The notes: generated by a model from the sequence alone, not told the origin. Numbered from the whole stretch's first letter, positions 51,942-62,702 are shown. The stretch is 63,997 nucleotides of DNA, filler included, from an uncultured bacterium (GCA_964609495.1; 9 parts of 9 records of this genome joined end to end with filler, not necessarily neighbours in it), one strand, 5' to 3'. Translations and numbers: made by a program.

Positions 51942-52442
51942 ACCGAGAGATTGGTCAATTTTGAAGAGGCGTTTAATAGAGGGACTGAAGGAGATACGGA
52001 TATTTGGCTTGTAACTCATACCTTCCGCAGAGCTATAGCTGGCTTTAAGAAGTCAAATCTTCCCCTCGGATCTTTTGCTTTCCTGGGTCCTCTGAGAGAT
52101 AGAGGAATGGACTTAGCCAGAACTCTTGCTTATTTCCTCTTCAATGATGAGGACGCTATAATCAGGGTAAATATGGCCCAGTCGCGCCCGATACCCGATA
52201 TCATCAAATCGGTGTTGCTGGAGGGAGTGAGGAGGAAGCCCTACTCTGTTCTCCTATTCGATGAGATCGATGAGGCTCCTTCGGAGTTATTAAATGCCCT
52301 ATTTCAGATATTAAGGAGAGGTAGCTTAACCGATGCTATGGGAGATATAGTTGACTTTGGAAATACGATCATAATCATAACCTCTCGAACAAGAGAAGTG
52401 ATTAAGACAGACCTCTTGAATCTTGTAGATGAGATAATATGA
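51942..52442 (+). CDS. Protein ending in a degenerate Clp D2 (AAA_2)-like domain, 5'-truncated
   Basis: PLGSFAFLGP...LARTLAYFLFNDEDAIIRVNM, RRKPYSVLLFDEIDEA and G.LTD..G..VDF.NTIIIITS; Walker A is lost. Confidence 0.75.
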   Translation, partial: TERLVNFEEAFNRGTEGDTDIWLVTHTFRRAIAGFKKSNLPLGSFAFLGPLRDRGMDLARTLAYFLFNDEDAIIRVNMAQSRPIPDIIKSVLLEGVRRKPYSVLLFDEIDEAPSELLNALFQILRRGSLTDAMGDIVDFGNTIIIITSRTREVIKTDLLNLVDEII

Positions 52443-52473
52443 TATTGTTGATCGATTAGGGAGGATGATAATT

Positions 52474-54903
52474 ATGCAATGGGACAGATTCACAGAAAAA
52501 GCTAGAGAAGCGATTATGACAGCTCAACAGATATTACATAGTTTGAGTCAAAATCAATTAGATGATGTGCATATCCTTATGGGTTTGTTCGAGCAACCGG
52601 AGGGGATAGCGGAGAAGATCTTCCGCGACCTCAATTTGGACTTTGAGCAAGCTCGTCAGCGAGTAAGAGCAGAGGTTATCGGAGGTCAAGTCCCCAAGCG
52701 GGTTGCTGGCGGAGAATTAGCTCAGATATATGTAACTCCGACCGCGGATAGAGTCCTCAATCTAGCTTTAGAGGAAGCGGATAGTATGGGAGATGCCTAT
52801 GCTGGAGCGGAGCATCTGCTTATAGCCCTTCTCCGAGGAGAGGGAAGAGCCGCTCAAATCCTCAAACAACAAGTAGGTTTAACTAAGGAAAACATCTACC
52901 AAGCTCTGAAGAATATAAGGGGAAGTTATAGAGTGATGGATGAGGGTGCTGATAGCCGATATAATATGCTTCAGCGTTTCAGCCGTGATCTCACCCAATT
53001 GGCTAGGGAGGGGAAATTGGAGCCTGTTATCGGTCGAGATCAGGAGATTCGGAGGGTCATTCAGATCCTCTCCCGCAAGACGAAAAACAATCCGGTCCTC
53101 ATCGGAGAACCGGGAGTAGGAAAGACCGCGATAGTAGAGGGACTCGCTCAGAGGATCGTTCGTAAAGATATTCCAGAGACTCTGAAGGACAAGAGAGTTA
53201 TCGCCCTTGACATGGGGGCTCTGGTAGCTGGCTCTAAATATCGAGGCGAATTTGAGGAGAGGCTGAAGGCGGTTATGGATGAGATCAGGAACGCCTCGGG
53301 AGAGATCGTCCTCTTCATAGATGAGTTGCATACTGTAGTAGGTGCTGGGGCGGCGGAAGGAGCGATCGATGCCTCCAATATGTTGAAACCTGCCCTAGCT
53401 CGAGGAGAACTCCAATGTGTAGGAGCAACAACGATCGATGAGTATCGAAAGAATATCGAGAAGGACGCGGCCTTGGAGAGGCGCTTCCAGCCCGTCTTGG
53501 TAGGAGAACCTACGGTGGAGGAGACGATCAAGATCTTAGAGGGCCTTCGGGAGGGCTATGAGAAGCATCATAAGGTCGAGATCACCGATAAAGCCCTCAA
53601 GGATGCGGCTGTGCTATCCGATAGATATATCACTGATAGGTTTCTTCCCGATAAGGCTATCGACCTGATCGATGAGGCGGCTTCGAAGAAGCACCTAGCG
53701 GCTATCTACATCCCTCCCGAGATAAAGGAGTTGGAGAACAAGCGTCAAGAATTAGAACAGAAACAGGAGGAGGCCGCAAATGTCCAAGATTATCAGAGAG
53801 CCGCTGAGATAAAGCAGGAATTGGTTATCCTTGAGGCTAAGTTGAGAGAATTGGAGCAAGGATGGAAGAGGGAGATGGGGGAGGATAGTATCAAAGTCGA
53901 TGGTGAGGATATCGCCGAGATCGTCTCCGATTGGACTAAAATTCCGGTGACCAAGCTTGTGGAGGAGGAAGTCGATAAATTGATCCGTATGGAGGAGGAG
54001 TTACACAAACGAATAATCGGTCAAGATAAGGCGGTCCAAGCTGTATCTGAGGCGGTCAGGAGAGCCAGGGCAGGATTGAAAGATCCTAAACGTCCTGTCG
54101 GATCGTTTATATTCCTGGGGCCTACCGGAGTTGGAAAGACGGAATTGGCTCGAGCGCTCGCTGAATTTCTCTTCAACGATGAGGAAGCTATGGTGCGGAT
54201 AGATAGGTCCGAGTATATGGAGAGACATACCGTATCTCGTCTCGTAGGAGCCCCTCCCGGATATGTTGGCTATGAGGAGGGGGGACAATTAACTGAGGCA
54301 GTTCGGAGAAGACCTTATACGGTTATCCTCCTAGATGAGATCGAGAAGGCACATAGCGATGTCTTTAACATACTTCTCCAGATATTGGAGGATGGACGGC
54401 TGACGGATGCGAAAGGGCATACCGTCGATTTTAAGAACACCGTGATCATAATGACCTCCAATGTGGGAAGCCAGTATATCGAACCCATACCTTCCGATCT
54501 TTCTCCAGCCGAGATGGAGGATAGATACGAATCGATGAGAGCTATGGTTCTTCAGGAGATGCGTCATGTCTTCAAGCCAGAATTCTTAAACCGTATTGAT
54601 GAGATAATCGTCTTCCATGCCCTGGATAGAGAACAGATCAAGCTCATCGTTGATCTGCTTATCGCTCAGGTTAATAAACGTCTCAAAGATAGAGATATAA
54701 CTCTGACTCTGACCGAGGCGGCTAAAGAGCTTCTGGTTAAGGTAGGATTCGATCCCACTTATGGGGCCAGACCCTTGAGAAGAACCATTCAAAGAATGGT
54801 GGAGAATCCCCTGTCTAGCAAGATCATCAGGGGAGAGATGAAAGATGGAGATGAGATCGTCGCTGATGCTGTAGAGGGGAAGATAATATTCGAGAAGAGA
54901 TGA
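52474..54903 (+). CDS. clpC: ATP-dependent Clp protease/chaperone ATPase, ClpC-type
   Basis: Clp-N repeats, GEPGVGKT, a short UVR-like M domain ([10 protein letters not shown]), [17 protein letters not shown] and YGARPLRR. Confidence 0.9.
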   Translation: MQWDRFTEKAREAIMTAQQILHSLSQNQLDDVHILMGLFEQPEGIAEKIFRDLNLDFEQARQRVRAEVIGGQVPKRVAGGELAQIYVTPTADRVLNLALEEADSMGDAYAGAEHLLIALLRGEGRAAQILKQQVGLTKENIYQALKNIRGSYRVMDEGADSRYNMLQRFSRDLTQLAREGKLEPVIGRDQEIRRVIQILSRKTKNNPVLIGEPGVGKTAIVEGLAQRIVRKDIPETLKDKRVIALDMGALVAGSKYRGEFEERLKAVMDEIRNASGEIVLFIDELHTVVGAGAAEGAIDASNMLKPALARGELQCVGATTIDEYRKNIEKDAALERRFQPVLVGEPTVEETIKILEGLREGYEKHHKVEITDKALKDAAVLSDRYITDRFLPDKAIDLIDEAASKKHLAAIYIPPEIKELENKRQELEQKQEEAANVQDYQRAAEIKQELVILEAKLRELEQGWKREMGEDSIKVDGEDIAEIVSDWTKIPVTKLVEEEVDKLIRMEEELHKRIIGQDKAVQAVSEAVRRARAGLKDPKRPVGSFIFLGPTGVGKTELARALAEFLFNDEEAMVRIDRSEYMERHTVSRLVGAPPGYVGYEEGGQLTEAVRRRPYTVILLDEIEKAHSDVFNILLQILEDGRLTDAKGHTVDFKNTVIIMTSNVGSQYIEPIPSDLSPAEMEDRYESMRAMVLQEMRHVFKPEFLNRIDEIIVFHALDREQIKLIVDLLIAQVNKRLKDRDITLTLTEAAKELLVKVGFDPTYGARPLRRTIQRMVENPLSSKIIRGEMKDGDEIVADAVEGKIIFEKR

Positions 54904-55314
54904 TCATTGCTTTTTGTCTGTAGGCTTCTTGTTTGTAGTCCTGCTTATAGGACGTTGCTCTTGGGGGACCCTCATTTCGCTGGTGCCAACGAACAAAGCT
55001 CCTTCGCTTATATCTAAGGCTCCAGCTTTTATATCTCCATAGAGCTTTCCCGGAGGTATTATCTCTAATCTCCCCTTAGCCTCGATATTACCGTGAAATT
55101 CCCCTCCCATAAGGACGTTATCCGCCGTTATATTAGCCTTCAAAGTAGCTGTTTCCCCAATGATAACGTTCCCATCACTCTTTATCTCTCCCTCTACCCT
55201 GCCCTCTATCTTCAAAACTCCTTTGTTTATTATCACAGTCCCATTTATCGTAGTATCTTTGCCAATTAAAGTATCTATCTTCCCGGTGTCTATTCGACTC
55301 TCTCTTTTGGCCAT
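54904..55314 (-). CDS. Bactofilin (polymer-forming cytoskeletal protein)
   Basis: DTLIGKDTTING, IEGRVEGEI and GKLYGDI...ISEGALFVG motifs; minus-strand TTGACA-17-TATAAT promoter at 55384-55356. Confidence 0.92.
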   Translation of the reverse strand: MAKRESRIDTGKIDTLIGKDTTINGTVIINKGVLKIEGRVEGEIKSDGNVIIGETATLKANITADNVLMGGEFHGNIEAKGRLEIIPPGKLYGDIKAGALDISEGALFVGTSEMRVPQEQRPISRTTNKKPTDKKQ

Positions 55315-55404
55315 TTGTTATCTCCTTAGTATAATTACTTATTATATTTGCTTTCATTATATCCCAGCCTGGGGGATTTGTCAATAGTTAGGCTAGTGAT
55401 TACA

Positions 55405-55612
55405 TCGAGTAGTTTCAAAATTTTTTGTTAGAGGTATTTGAGAGCAGACTAGGTTTTGAACTCCCCTTAAATCACCCTCCCCCTAACCCCCTCCCATCAA
55501 GGGAGGGGGAAATAAAGAGATCAGCTCTATTTCGATGTCCCCTCCGCGGGAGAGGGCGAGGGGAAATTATATCCCGAACTCTCTAACGAAGAACTAAGAA
55601 TATAATACCCCC
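55405..55612. repeat. Long composite copy of the intergenic repeat family
   Basis: Segments match 1551-1615, 58908-58940 and 58975-59012 in reverse orientation. Confidence 0.75.
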
Positions 55613-55637
55613 TAGCAATACTTCTCTTAAGTGCATT

Positions 55638-55952
55638 TTAGCTTGTCCAAGGATCTCTTGGCGTCCAAAATGTTCCCAAACTATCTTGGTTGTTTTGAAT
55701 CTTCTTATAAACTCCATCTAGCTTAGTCGATGATAGATTGCAAGCCATTAGGAAATCTTTCTTTTCAATACTTCGTCTCTGGGCGATGTCATCTAATTCT
55801 TCTGATATTCTATGCGAGGGATGCAGAGGTAAGTCAATACATCCATCCTTGTTAATGAACCCCGCACTTGCAAGGTGGACAAGCATCTGGAGAGTAGCAT
55901 TTTTGTTAGTCGATTCAAAAGCATAGATGTCCTTTTTCCTATCGGAACACAC
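55638..55952 (-). CDS. Hypothetical protein, possibly a gene remnant
   Basis: 104-aa ORF with a GTG start, no clear RBS and no recognised motif. Confidence 0.35.
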   Translation of the reverse strand: MCSDRKKDIYAFESTNKNATLQMLVHLASAGFINKDGCIDLPLHPSHRISEELDDIAQRRSIEKKDFLMACNLSSTKLDGVYKKIQNNQDSLGTFWTPRDPWTS

Positions 55953-56157
55953 AATGAATCCTTGAATTTATGAATTTGGGATGAACCTCTCGAATAATAT
56001 CTGAAATCTCAGGAATGTCGGATAATATTGTTTGGCGAATAGTTAGAGCCATTTGCTGATTCACTCCTTGAATCTCATTTTGTTCGAGAATACACCATTT
56101 TTATCCTAGCAAAGCCGAAGGCAAAACTCGTGTTAGACGTAGTTTTGCTGAAACTTG

Positions 56158-56667
56158 TTAAAGATTGCAAAAGCACATCCTTACCTCTGGTCTAAATTCC
56201 CACCCCAAGCTCTCTTCATCGATAATAAAACTGAACTTTCGAAAGGGGAAAAACGATATGTTTATTCCTGCTTCGTCGGGTGGCCTCAGATCTACCGGAG
56301 CTTCAATGCGAGTGTATCCATGCTCTCTACAAAAACTGATAAGTTCTTTTATCATAGCACTGGCTATACCCCTATTCGAATGCTCTGCTACAATAAATAG
56401 ACAACCAATCACCATTGTTTTTTCGAGATTCTCGTTTGTTGAAGATGTCGGGAGACCGATTCTCCTGGCGTATTTTTTGGGAAGAAAGATCATTTGACCT
56501 ACCGGTTTATCATCTTCATAAGGAATAAAACCAATTTCTCCCACTTCATCAAACACCTCAAGCCACATATTGCATTGAAATTTCCTTTTTTTGATGCCGA
56601 ACATATAGCAAGGAGTCCATTTCCCTGTTCCCTCAAGGATTTGTTGTCTGGTAATCGGGCGAATCAC
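56158..56667 (-). CDS. GNAT family N-acetyltransferase
   Basis: VIGCLFIVAEHSNRGIASAMI acetyl-CoA loop; FRKFSF. Confidence 0.82.
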   Translation of the reverse strand: MIRPITRQQILEGTGKWTPCYMFGIKKRKFQCNMWLEVFDEVGEIGFIPYEDDKPVGQMIFLPKKYARRIGLPTSSTNENLEKTMVIGCLFIVAEHSNRGIASAMIKELISFCREHGYTRIEAPVDLRPPDEAGINISFFPFRKFSFIIDEESLGWEFRPEVRMCFCNL

Positions 56668-56990
56668 TTCTTGTCTCCTTTTAACACCGCGATTATTTTA
56701 TCCTCGATAATCTCAAAACTTTTGTGCCAGCCATTTATGGGAATTCTCTCTCCATTAATAAATACATCGCTATACACACTGCCAGCTCGTTGACCGCTTC
56801 GCCATTCTTGTATTAAAGTGGACATATAGTCGGGCAACTTATCTACGTCTTTATCATCGATATCCCATAAGTTGTAGGTGTCAAACGTCACCTTATACTT
56901 TTTACATAGTTCACTCAAGCGTAAGAAATCTCTTTCACAAAGGCAAAATGGATTAATTAAGAGTTCAATTTTAACCTTCTTTTGTTCCAT
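56664..56990 (-). CDS. Small hypothetical protein, possible thioredoxin/glutaredoxin-like fold, coupled to the GNAT gene
   Basis: IELLINPFCLC...VFINGERI; 4-bp overlap with the downstream GNAT. Confidence 0.6.
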   Translation of the reverse strand: MEQKKVKIELLINPFCLCERDFLRLSELCKKYKVTFDTYNLWDIDDKDVDKLPDYMSTLIQEWRSGQRAGSVYSDVFINGERIPINGWHKSFEIIEDKIIAVLKGDKK

Positions 56991-57242
56991 AGTTTTCTCA
57001 CCTTGCTATACTGTTCAATTCACAACAATTAAAACCAACCGAATCAGAACCCTATCCATCTCCCACCAGGAGAGATAGGGTGAAGGAGGAATTATATCTT
57101 GAACTCGCTAGCAAAAGACTGAGAATGACCAATTACTTACTCGAAGCTACTTAATTTCTACTCGACTATTGACTCTCAGTCTATAGCTAATGCTAGCTAA
57201 CCTCACCTTGGTATCGGTCAAGATATTATTCCAAATATCTAC

Positions 57243-57644
57243 TTACTGCTCCTCGCCCTCCGCGGGAGATTTGACGGTGGATAGATACTCTAAAGCTAGT
57301 TTAATCAAAGTGATCTCTACTTCATATTGGAGGGAGACATCTTTATAATAATCATCAGGAATCTCACCAGCCTTGAACTTCTCATCCAACCTCTTGCTAC
57401 AAAACTCCAACTCCACCAGCTTACTTTTTAGCTCAGCTATCGAGAGGTGAATTAGAATATCATAATAATCAGAAAGCCCTTTAGGAGACGATCGGTCAGG
57501 CGTTTGGGAAAGCAGTCTTGCGCTTAGTTTATCGCATTCAAATAGGGGTTTTCTAGTTTCCCCGATCTTAGGACATCCGCTCGACAATAGTAACCCCACT
57601 AAAGAAATTACTAGCACTAGTGATCCAAAGTACCTCTTCTTCAT
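57243..57644 (-). CDS. Hypothetical lipoprotein
   Basis: MKKR, hydrophobic stretch and LSSG-C lipobox; AAGGAG RBS. Confidence 0.7.
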   Translation of the reverse strand: MKKRYFGSLVLVISLVGLLLSSGCPKIGETRKPLFECDKLSARLLSQTPDRSSPKGLSDYYDILIHLSIAELKSKLVELEFCSKRLDEKFKAGEIPDDYYKDVSLQYEVEITLIKLALEYLSTVKSPAEGEEQ

Positions 57645-57703
57645 CTCTCTCTCCTTTCCTGTATCAATAAATATTCGCTTCTGCCCATTTACAAGCCGAT
57701 ATT

Positions 57704-58684
57704 TTAGTCCTGACGAGCAGTTTTAATAAAGCCGCTATTAATGAAATCTTCCACCGAAGGCTTATCATCTATAATTCCAAGATCATACCAAAAGTTCAAA
57801 GCCTTATTAGCCATATCATAGATTGGGCCGGGCTTCTGAGGAGTTCCGAAGTAGCTTTTGTTGAACTCATAATCGTATAATCTTACTTTTGACAGCATAT
57901 CCTCAAGATCGCTTAGAGGAATACCTAGACCATCTGCCATTATCCTATTGCTGTCCTCTGGATACTCTTTCCAATAATCAATAGCCTCAAACCAGCTCTT
58001 GCTTATAGCTTCTACTGCCTCTGGCCTCTTCTCAGCTACATCCCTTCTCATCACAATCGCATCAACGATGATTCCTGCATATTCACCAGTGCTATCGATT
58101 AATAGATGACCTCTAGGGCTTCCTTTAGCATTAGTAAGCCAGGGCTCCCAAGTAACAACCGCATCGAGTTTGCCAGCCGTGAAGGCGGTTGCGGCCTCTC
58201 TTGCGCTCATCTGAAGGATATTGACATCCTTCTCAGTCAACCCGACCTTCTCTAAAGCTACTAATAGGAAGAAATAGCTAGCGGATGCGGTATCCAAACC
58301 TATCGTCGAACCCTTCAAATCCGCGATCGACTTAATGCTACTCTCAGCGATTATTCCATCTCCCCCATAAGACTCATCTAAAGCCAGAAAGCACTTCAAA
58401 TCGATCCCCTCAGCATAGAGTAAAACCTCCTGATCGATAACAGTAGCTAGGGCGTCTATCACTCCAGAGGCTAAAGCGATGTTGCTCTCCTTCCTATCCT
58501 CTATCGAGATTAATTCCACTTCAACGCCGTTATCGTAAAAGAAACCCTTATCCCTAGCGAGATAGAGAGGACCATATCCCACCCAAGTAGAGCAGGCAAT
58601 CTTGATAGGCTCGGCTATCACTACCCCACTTAAAGATATGACGAAGATTATTACTAAAGAAAAGATCATCAAATTTTTAAACAC
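57704..58684 (-). CDS. NitT/TauT-family ABC transporter substrate-binding protein
   Basis: WVGYGPLYLARDKGFF, DESYGGDGI and DAVVTWEPW motifs; minus-strand TTGACA-17-TATAAT promoter at 58756-58728. Confidence 0.9.
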   Translation of the reverse strand: MFKNLMIFSLVIIFVISLSGVVIAEPIKIACSTWVGYGPLYLARDKGFFYDNGVEVELISIEDRKESNIALASGVIDALATVIDQEVLLYAEGIDLKCFLALDESYGGDGIIAESSIKSIADLKGSTIGLDTASASYFFLLVALEKVGLTEKDVNILQMSAREAATAFTAGKLDAVVTWEPWLTNAKGSPRGHLLIDSTGEYAGIIVDAIVMRRDVAEKRPEAVEAISKSWFEAIDYWKEYPEDSNRIMADGLGIPLSDLEDMLSKVRLYDYEFNKSYFGTPQKPGPIYDMANKALNFWYDLGIIDDKPSVEDFINSGFIKTARQD

Positions 58685-58808
58685 TTAAAATCCCCCCCAC
58701 TTTTCGAAAGATCGAATTTTCATTTTGATTATACTTTAATCGATCTTAATTGTCAAGCACAATTATAGATCAGCCAAGCATTTAAACTTTGTGCTGGAGA
58801 ATATGATT

Positions 58809-59012
58809 CTCCCCCTCACCCTGGCCCTCTCCCACAAGGGGAGAGGGAACATCGAGATAGAGCTTATCTCCTCAGTTCCCCCTCCCTCTTGGTTTGAACT
58901 TATAATCGGGGGTATCATATTCTTAGTTCTTCATTAGGGGGTTAAATACCAACTCCCCCCTCTCCCACGAGGGGAGAGGGAACATCGAGATAGAGCTGAT
59001 CTCTTTAGTTCC
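58809..59012. repeat. Two tandem REP-like hairpin modules at the contig end
   Basis: CCTCTCCCAC(A/G)AGGGGAGAGGGAACATCGAGATAGAGCT occurs twice. Confidence 0.8.
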
Positions 59013-59112
59013 NNNNNNNNNNNNNNNNNNNNNNNNNNNNNNNNNNNNNNNNNNNNTTAATTAATTAANNNNNNNNNNNNNNNNNNNNNNNNNNNNNNNN
59101 NNNNNNNNNNNN

Positions 59113-60049
59113 AAACCACTCCCCAGCCCCCCTCCCAACTATTCTCGGTCCTAATCCAACTCTTATGCCAACCGATCGAGGTGGGGGATTCGATATCCTT
59201 ATCGAGATTTAAACGGCTGAAGTAGCCGTATCCTTTGAGAATAAGTTCATCTTTCAAGCGATAGGAAACATCTAGCTCCATCCCATCTCCTCGACTATAA
59301 GAGGATATCTTCTCCTCCTCACGCCATTGCCGAGTGGCGGAGCGCTCCCATCTGTTTTCCTCCCAATAGGAGGAGTAATACAGTTGTCCGCCTAAACTTA
59401 GATCGGGATTGAATTTATATACTATACCGCCTGCTATTAGAAAACCTCTCCCCCAATCATTTATATCCGATTTGCTTTCCCAATTCTTTTCGGGGGAAGA
59501 GGAATCGAAAGTATGAATAGACTTTCCGATAATATTGCTGAGGAATTTATAATCCAAGCGTAAGCCTAAATCCAGGGTCGGACTGAAACTGTGTCCTCCG
59601 AAAAGGGTTATAACTCCTTCGTAACTCGTATCATCCTCTTGGGTCTTTTCGCTCTCATTACCGTCCACCTCTACTTTTGAATAATCCATCTGGTAACTTC
59701 TGCCTCGGTGGAATATTCCGATATTCGAGGCTTTTAGAGAGAGAATACCCCCTATAGAATAGTCGATATCTAAGGAATCGGTATTCGTTTTATAATCGGT
59801 TTCGGAGGAACTTCCAGAATCTCTACCTCTCTGACTATCTAGCTCGGAGGAAAAAAATATCTTATTCCCTTTCACAGAGGCTACTTCGGCGGAATTGATC
59901 CAGATATCATAATCCTCATCGTCAACTATCCGTTGCATATCTCCTATTGCCTTCAATCTTAGTTCCGAGCAATGAACAGGAGGACACCAAATACAGAAGG
60001 AATAGGTGAGTAGGATGATGGTCAAGAGGGTCTTCATCTTCGGATTCAT
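59113..60049 (-). CDS. Probable outer-membrane beta-barrel protein, 3'-truncated
   Basis: Signal peptide; alternating aromatic/polar strands (LDLGLRLDYK, GGIVYKFNPDLSLGGQLYYS). Confidence 0.6.
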
Positions 60050-60076
60050 AGCTAGTTATTAGTTCACTTTCTCCAT

Positions 60077-61147
60077 TTAGAGTCTTAGTTCGTCTAAATC
60101 AGGTTTGTTAAAGGCTATTACGAATACCTTATCACCCTTATTAAACCTATAATCATAAGGAGGATTGATTTGAACTTCGTCACCAGTTTTGATCCCCACT
60201 GCGATTACGCGATCCTGAACTAGATGGATCAGTATATCCCTGAAGGTTCTTCCGACAAAGCTTAGGGGAAGGTCAACCATATAGACCTCGTTTCCGCTCT
60301 CCTGATAAGTCAATAGCTCGGTGAAGAACTGAGATAAGCCATGGGTGAGAGCAACTTGTGATAGTAATTTCTCCCCCAGCTCGTTAGAGGATATGATCTC
60401 ATTTACCCCAGCTCTCTTCAGATGAGGGATGTTCTTAGAATCTACGACCTCAGCGCAAACGTATAGCTCGCCCTTCCCTAACTCGTCAACTGCCAAAGCT
60501 ACTAGGATAGATTTCGCATCAGCTAACTCTCCCGTCTTTGGATCTGCTAGGATGATCATTGCATAGGCTTTATCCGCGCCAGCCCTTCTTAGAACCATCT
60601 CATCAGCAGGGTCTCCCTTGATCAGATGAACATCATCGAATACAGGTTCATCGCTGAGATGAATGTTATCGATATCCTCCGAGATGATGACTGCGGGCCG
60701 TTTTACCTTTACTACAGGAGCATGAAGCTCTCGGATAATATCCTCTCCCTTGTTGTTCCATCCACATAGGACTATATGTTCGTCTAGTATCGTTGAACCC
60801 AACCCCCTTCTTTCCCTCAATTCTCGCTCTACAAGGATCGAGGCTATGGTAGCCGTGAATATACCTATTATACCGATACCAACGGTTATGATAAGAGTAG
60901 CGATGATCTTTCCCCCAATCGTGAGAGGTATCCCTCTCTCGAATCCACTGGTGAGATAGATTATTATCGACCAAAAGGCTTCGGGAAGAGTGCCAAAATC
61001 CCCAGGATTAGATCTCCTCTCAGTTATATACATAGCAAAAGCACCTATGAACCAGAGAATAAATATAAACAATATCACTCTAAGGATCTTATGACGATTT
61101 AGGAAGCGCTTTATCTTATGAATCGCGCGAAATAGAATCTCTCTCAT
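60077..61147 (-). CDS. 2-TM ion channel with RCK (TrkA-N/C) gating domain, MthK-like
   Basis: TM-pore helix (EAFWSIIIYLTSGFE)-P.T.GGK-TM; HIVLCGW, GDP, RAG, RAGVNEII and INP motifs. Confidence 0.88.
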   Translation of the reverse strand: MREILFRAIHKIKRFLNRHKILRVILFIFILWFIGAFAMYITERRSNPGDFGTLPEAFWSIIIYLTSGFERGIPLTIGGKIIATLIITVGIGIIGIFTATIASILVERELRERRGLGSTILDEHIVLCGWNNKGEDIIRELHAPVVKVKRPAVIISEDIDNIHLSDEPVFDDVHLIKGDPADEMVLRRAGADKAYAMIILADPKTGELADAKSILVALAVDELGKGELYVCAEVVDSKNIPHLKRAGVNEIISSNELGEKLLSQVALTHGLSQFFTELLTYQESGNEVYMVDLPLSFVGRTFRDILIHLVQDRVIAVGIKTGDEVQINPPYDYRFNKGDKVFVIAFNKPDLDELRL

Positions 61148-61157
61148 CTTATCTCTA

Positions 61158-62438
61158 TCACTTATTACTATAGGTTTCAGAAAAGACAGCTAGTATCTCC
61201 TCTACTACCCTCTTTGAAGCCCCTTTCCCTCCCATAACGCTCTGCAACTGACGAGACATCCTCTTGCGCTCCACCGCATCCTTTAGCAATCTAATAGCTG
61301 GCCAAGAAATATCCTCTGGAGATATTACTCCTCTTATCTCGGGCATTATCTCCTTTTCAGAGCGTATGTTTGGATGGGAGACGAACTTTATCCTCTTGTT
61401 CAGAGCCTCAACAACAGCTCGCTTCAGAGGTGGACCAATGAGCGGAATCTCCCCCACCCAGTTGAAGAAGCCGTCAATGGGGAGTTTCTCTGGCCTATTC
61501 AGAGGAACCACTACAATAGTTGAAATCCCTAGGCAAGCTAATTCGGCGGTCTTAGTTCCTGGAACAGTAAGGGCTAGATCGCAGGTAGCCATCACCTCAT
61601 AGGGTTTTTTCTCTATAACTATTATCTCTAATCCCTCATTTGATATGATCTCCCCTATCCTTCCTCCGTTAGCCCCCGGCTCTACAAAAAGGACCCCTTT
61701 TGAGCCATCCAAATATTTCCCTACATCTTCCCTTTGGATAGAACTTGCTAATTCCTCTTTGGAGGTGAAAGGAGATAGAGCTAATATAAACTGAGTTTGA
61801 GGATGCTCCTGTTTGATCAGCTCGCTCACTTTAAGGAAGAAGGGCATCATATATTTGACTTGATAAGGACGGCTACCGGGCAACAAAGCTACGATATCAG
61901 CTTCAGGGTCTAATCCCCACAGTTCAGCAGCTTCTTCCCTAGCCAACGTTGGTTTGATCCCCTCTACCATCAGATTCCCTACGGTGACAACTTTCTTAGG
62001 AGGAACACCTCTATTTATCAGCTTTAGCCTTATTCTTTCTTCTGGCACTAAGAATCTATGGGTATATCTTATCCAAACCGCTCTTCCCTCAGTATATACT
62101 ACCAAGGGAAAACGAAGACGGAGGGAGAGAATAAAGGTATGGAATGGATCTCCTCCCATATGAATAACTACTCCTTGAGGTTGAGGTTTGAAATTAGAGG
62201 GAAGGCGATTTAAGAGCATCCATCTTATATATTCCCTCGAGTTGATGACGACCTCCACTTGGGGCATCTCGCTTGCTACCGCGCTCTCCATTCCACTTGC
62301 ATATTGGCAAGGGGGGATAACTATCACGATCCTAGCTTGGGGTAGCATCTCCTTCAGCTTCGCAACTGTGGGTCGCACCCATCCTGATAGTTCACCTGGG
62401 CTGTTAGTTACAATAATTGTATCCATCTTTATATCCAT
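61158..62438 (-). CDS. Lipid-A-disaccharide synthase-like (LpxB family) glycosyltransferase
   Basis: NSPGEL..W, VGNLM, ALLPGSR, PGTKTAEL and HPNI...IMPE motifs. Confidence 0.75.
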   Translation of the reverse strand: MDIKMDTIIVTNSPGELSGWVRPTVAKLKEMLPQARIVIVIPPCQYASGMESAVASEMPQVEVVINSREYIRWMLLNRLPSNFKPQPQGVVIHMGGDPFHTFILSLRLRFPLVVYTEGRAVWIRYTHRFLVPEERIRLKLINRGVPPKKVVTVGNLMVEGIKPTLAREEAAELWGLDPEADIVALLPGSRPYQVKYMMPFFLKVSELIKQEHPQTQFILALSPFTSKEELASSIQREDVGKYLDGSKGVLFVEPGANGGRIGEIISNEGLEIIVIEKKPYEVMATCDLALTVPGTKTAELACLGISTIVVVPLNRPEKLPIDGFFNWVGEIPLIGPPLKRAVVEALNKRIKFVSHPNIRSEKEIMPEIRGVISPEDISWPAIRLLKDAVERKRMSRQLQSVMGGKGASKRVVEEILAVFSETYSNK

Positions 62439-62478
62439 ATTGAAGTATCTTTAAAAATTCCTCTCGATCTCTTTTCTC

Positions 62479-62700
62479 TTATTCTTTTCTCTTATCAGCC
62501 ATGAATTTCCAGCTAGAGGCATTACTTGTGCTGAACTTTATCCAGATATTTTCTAATCTCCGCTTTAGCTCCTCTATATTTGAGCTCTCATCTTGTTCGA
62601 TCTCACCAAGCTTTCTCTTAACTTCCTCTAAATCATTGCTTATATGAAGCACTAATTCTCTAAGTTCATTTATCTTAACCTTAGTATTTTCTCTGAGCAT
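62479..62700 (-). CDS. Small coiled-coil hypothetical protein
   Basis: AGGAG RBS; tight operon spacing after mnmA. Confidence 0.6.
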   Translation of the reverse strand: MLRENTKVKINELRELVLHISNDLEEVKRKLGEIEQDESSNIEELKRRLENIWIKFSTSNASSWKFMADKRKE

Positions 62701-62702
62701 AA

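Noticed and set aside
7505..59112. Regularly spaced TTAATTAATTAA palindromes as a biological repeat
   Set aside because: Each is embedded in 44+44 Ns and cuts genes, so they are assembly concatenation linkers.
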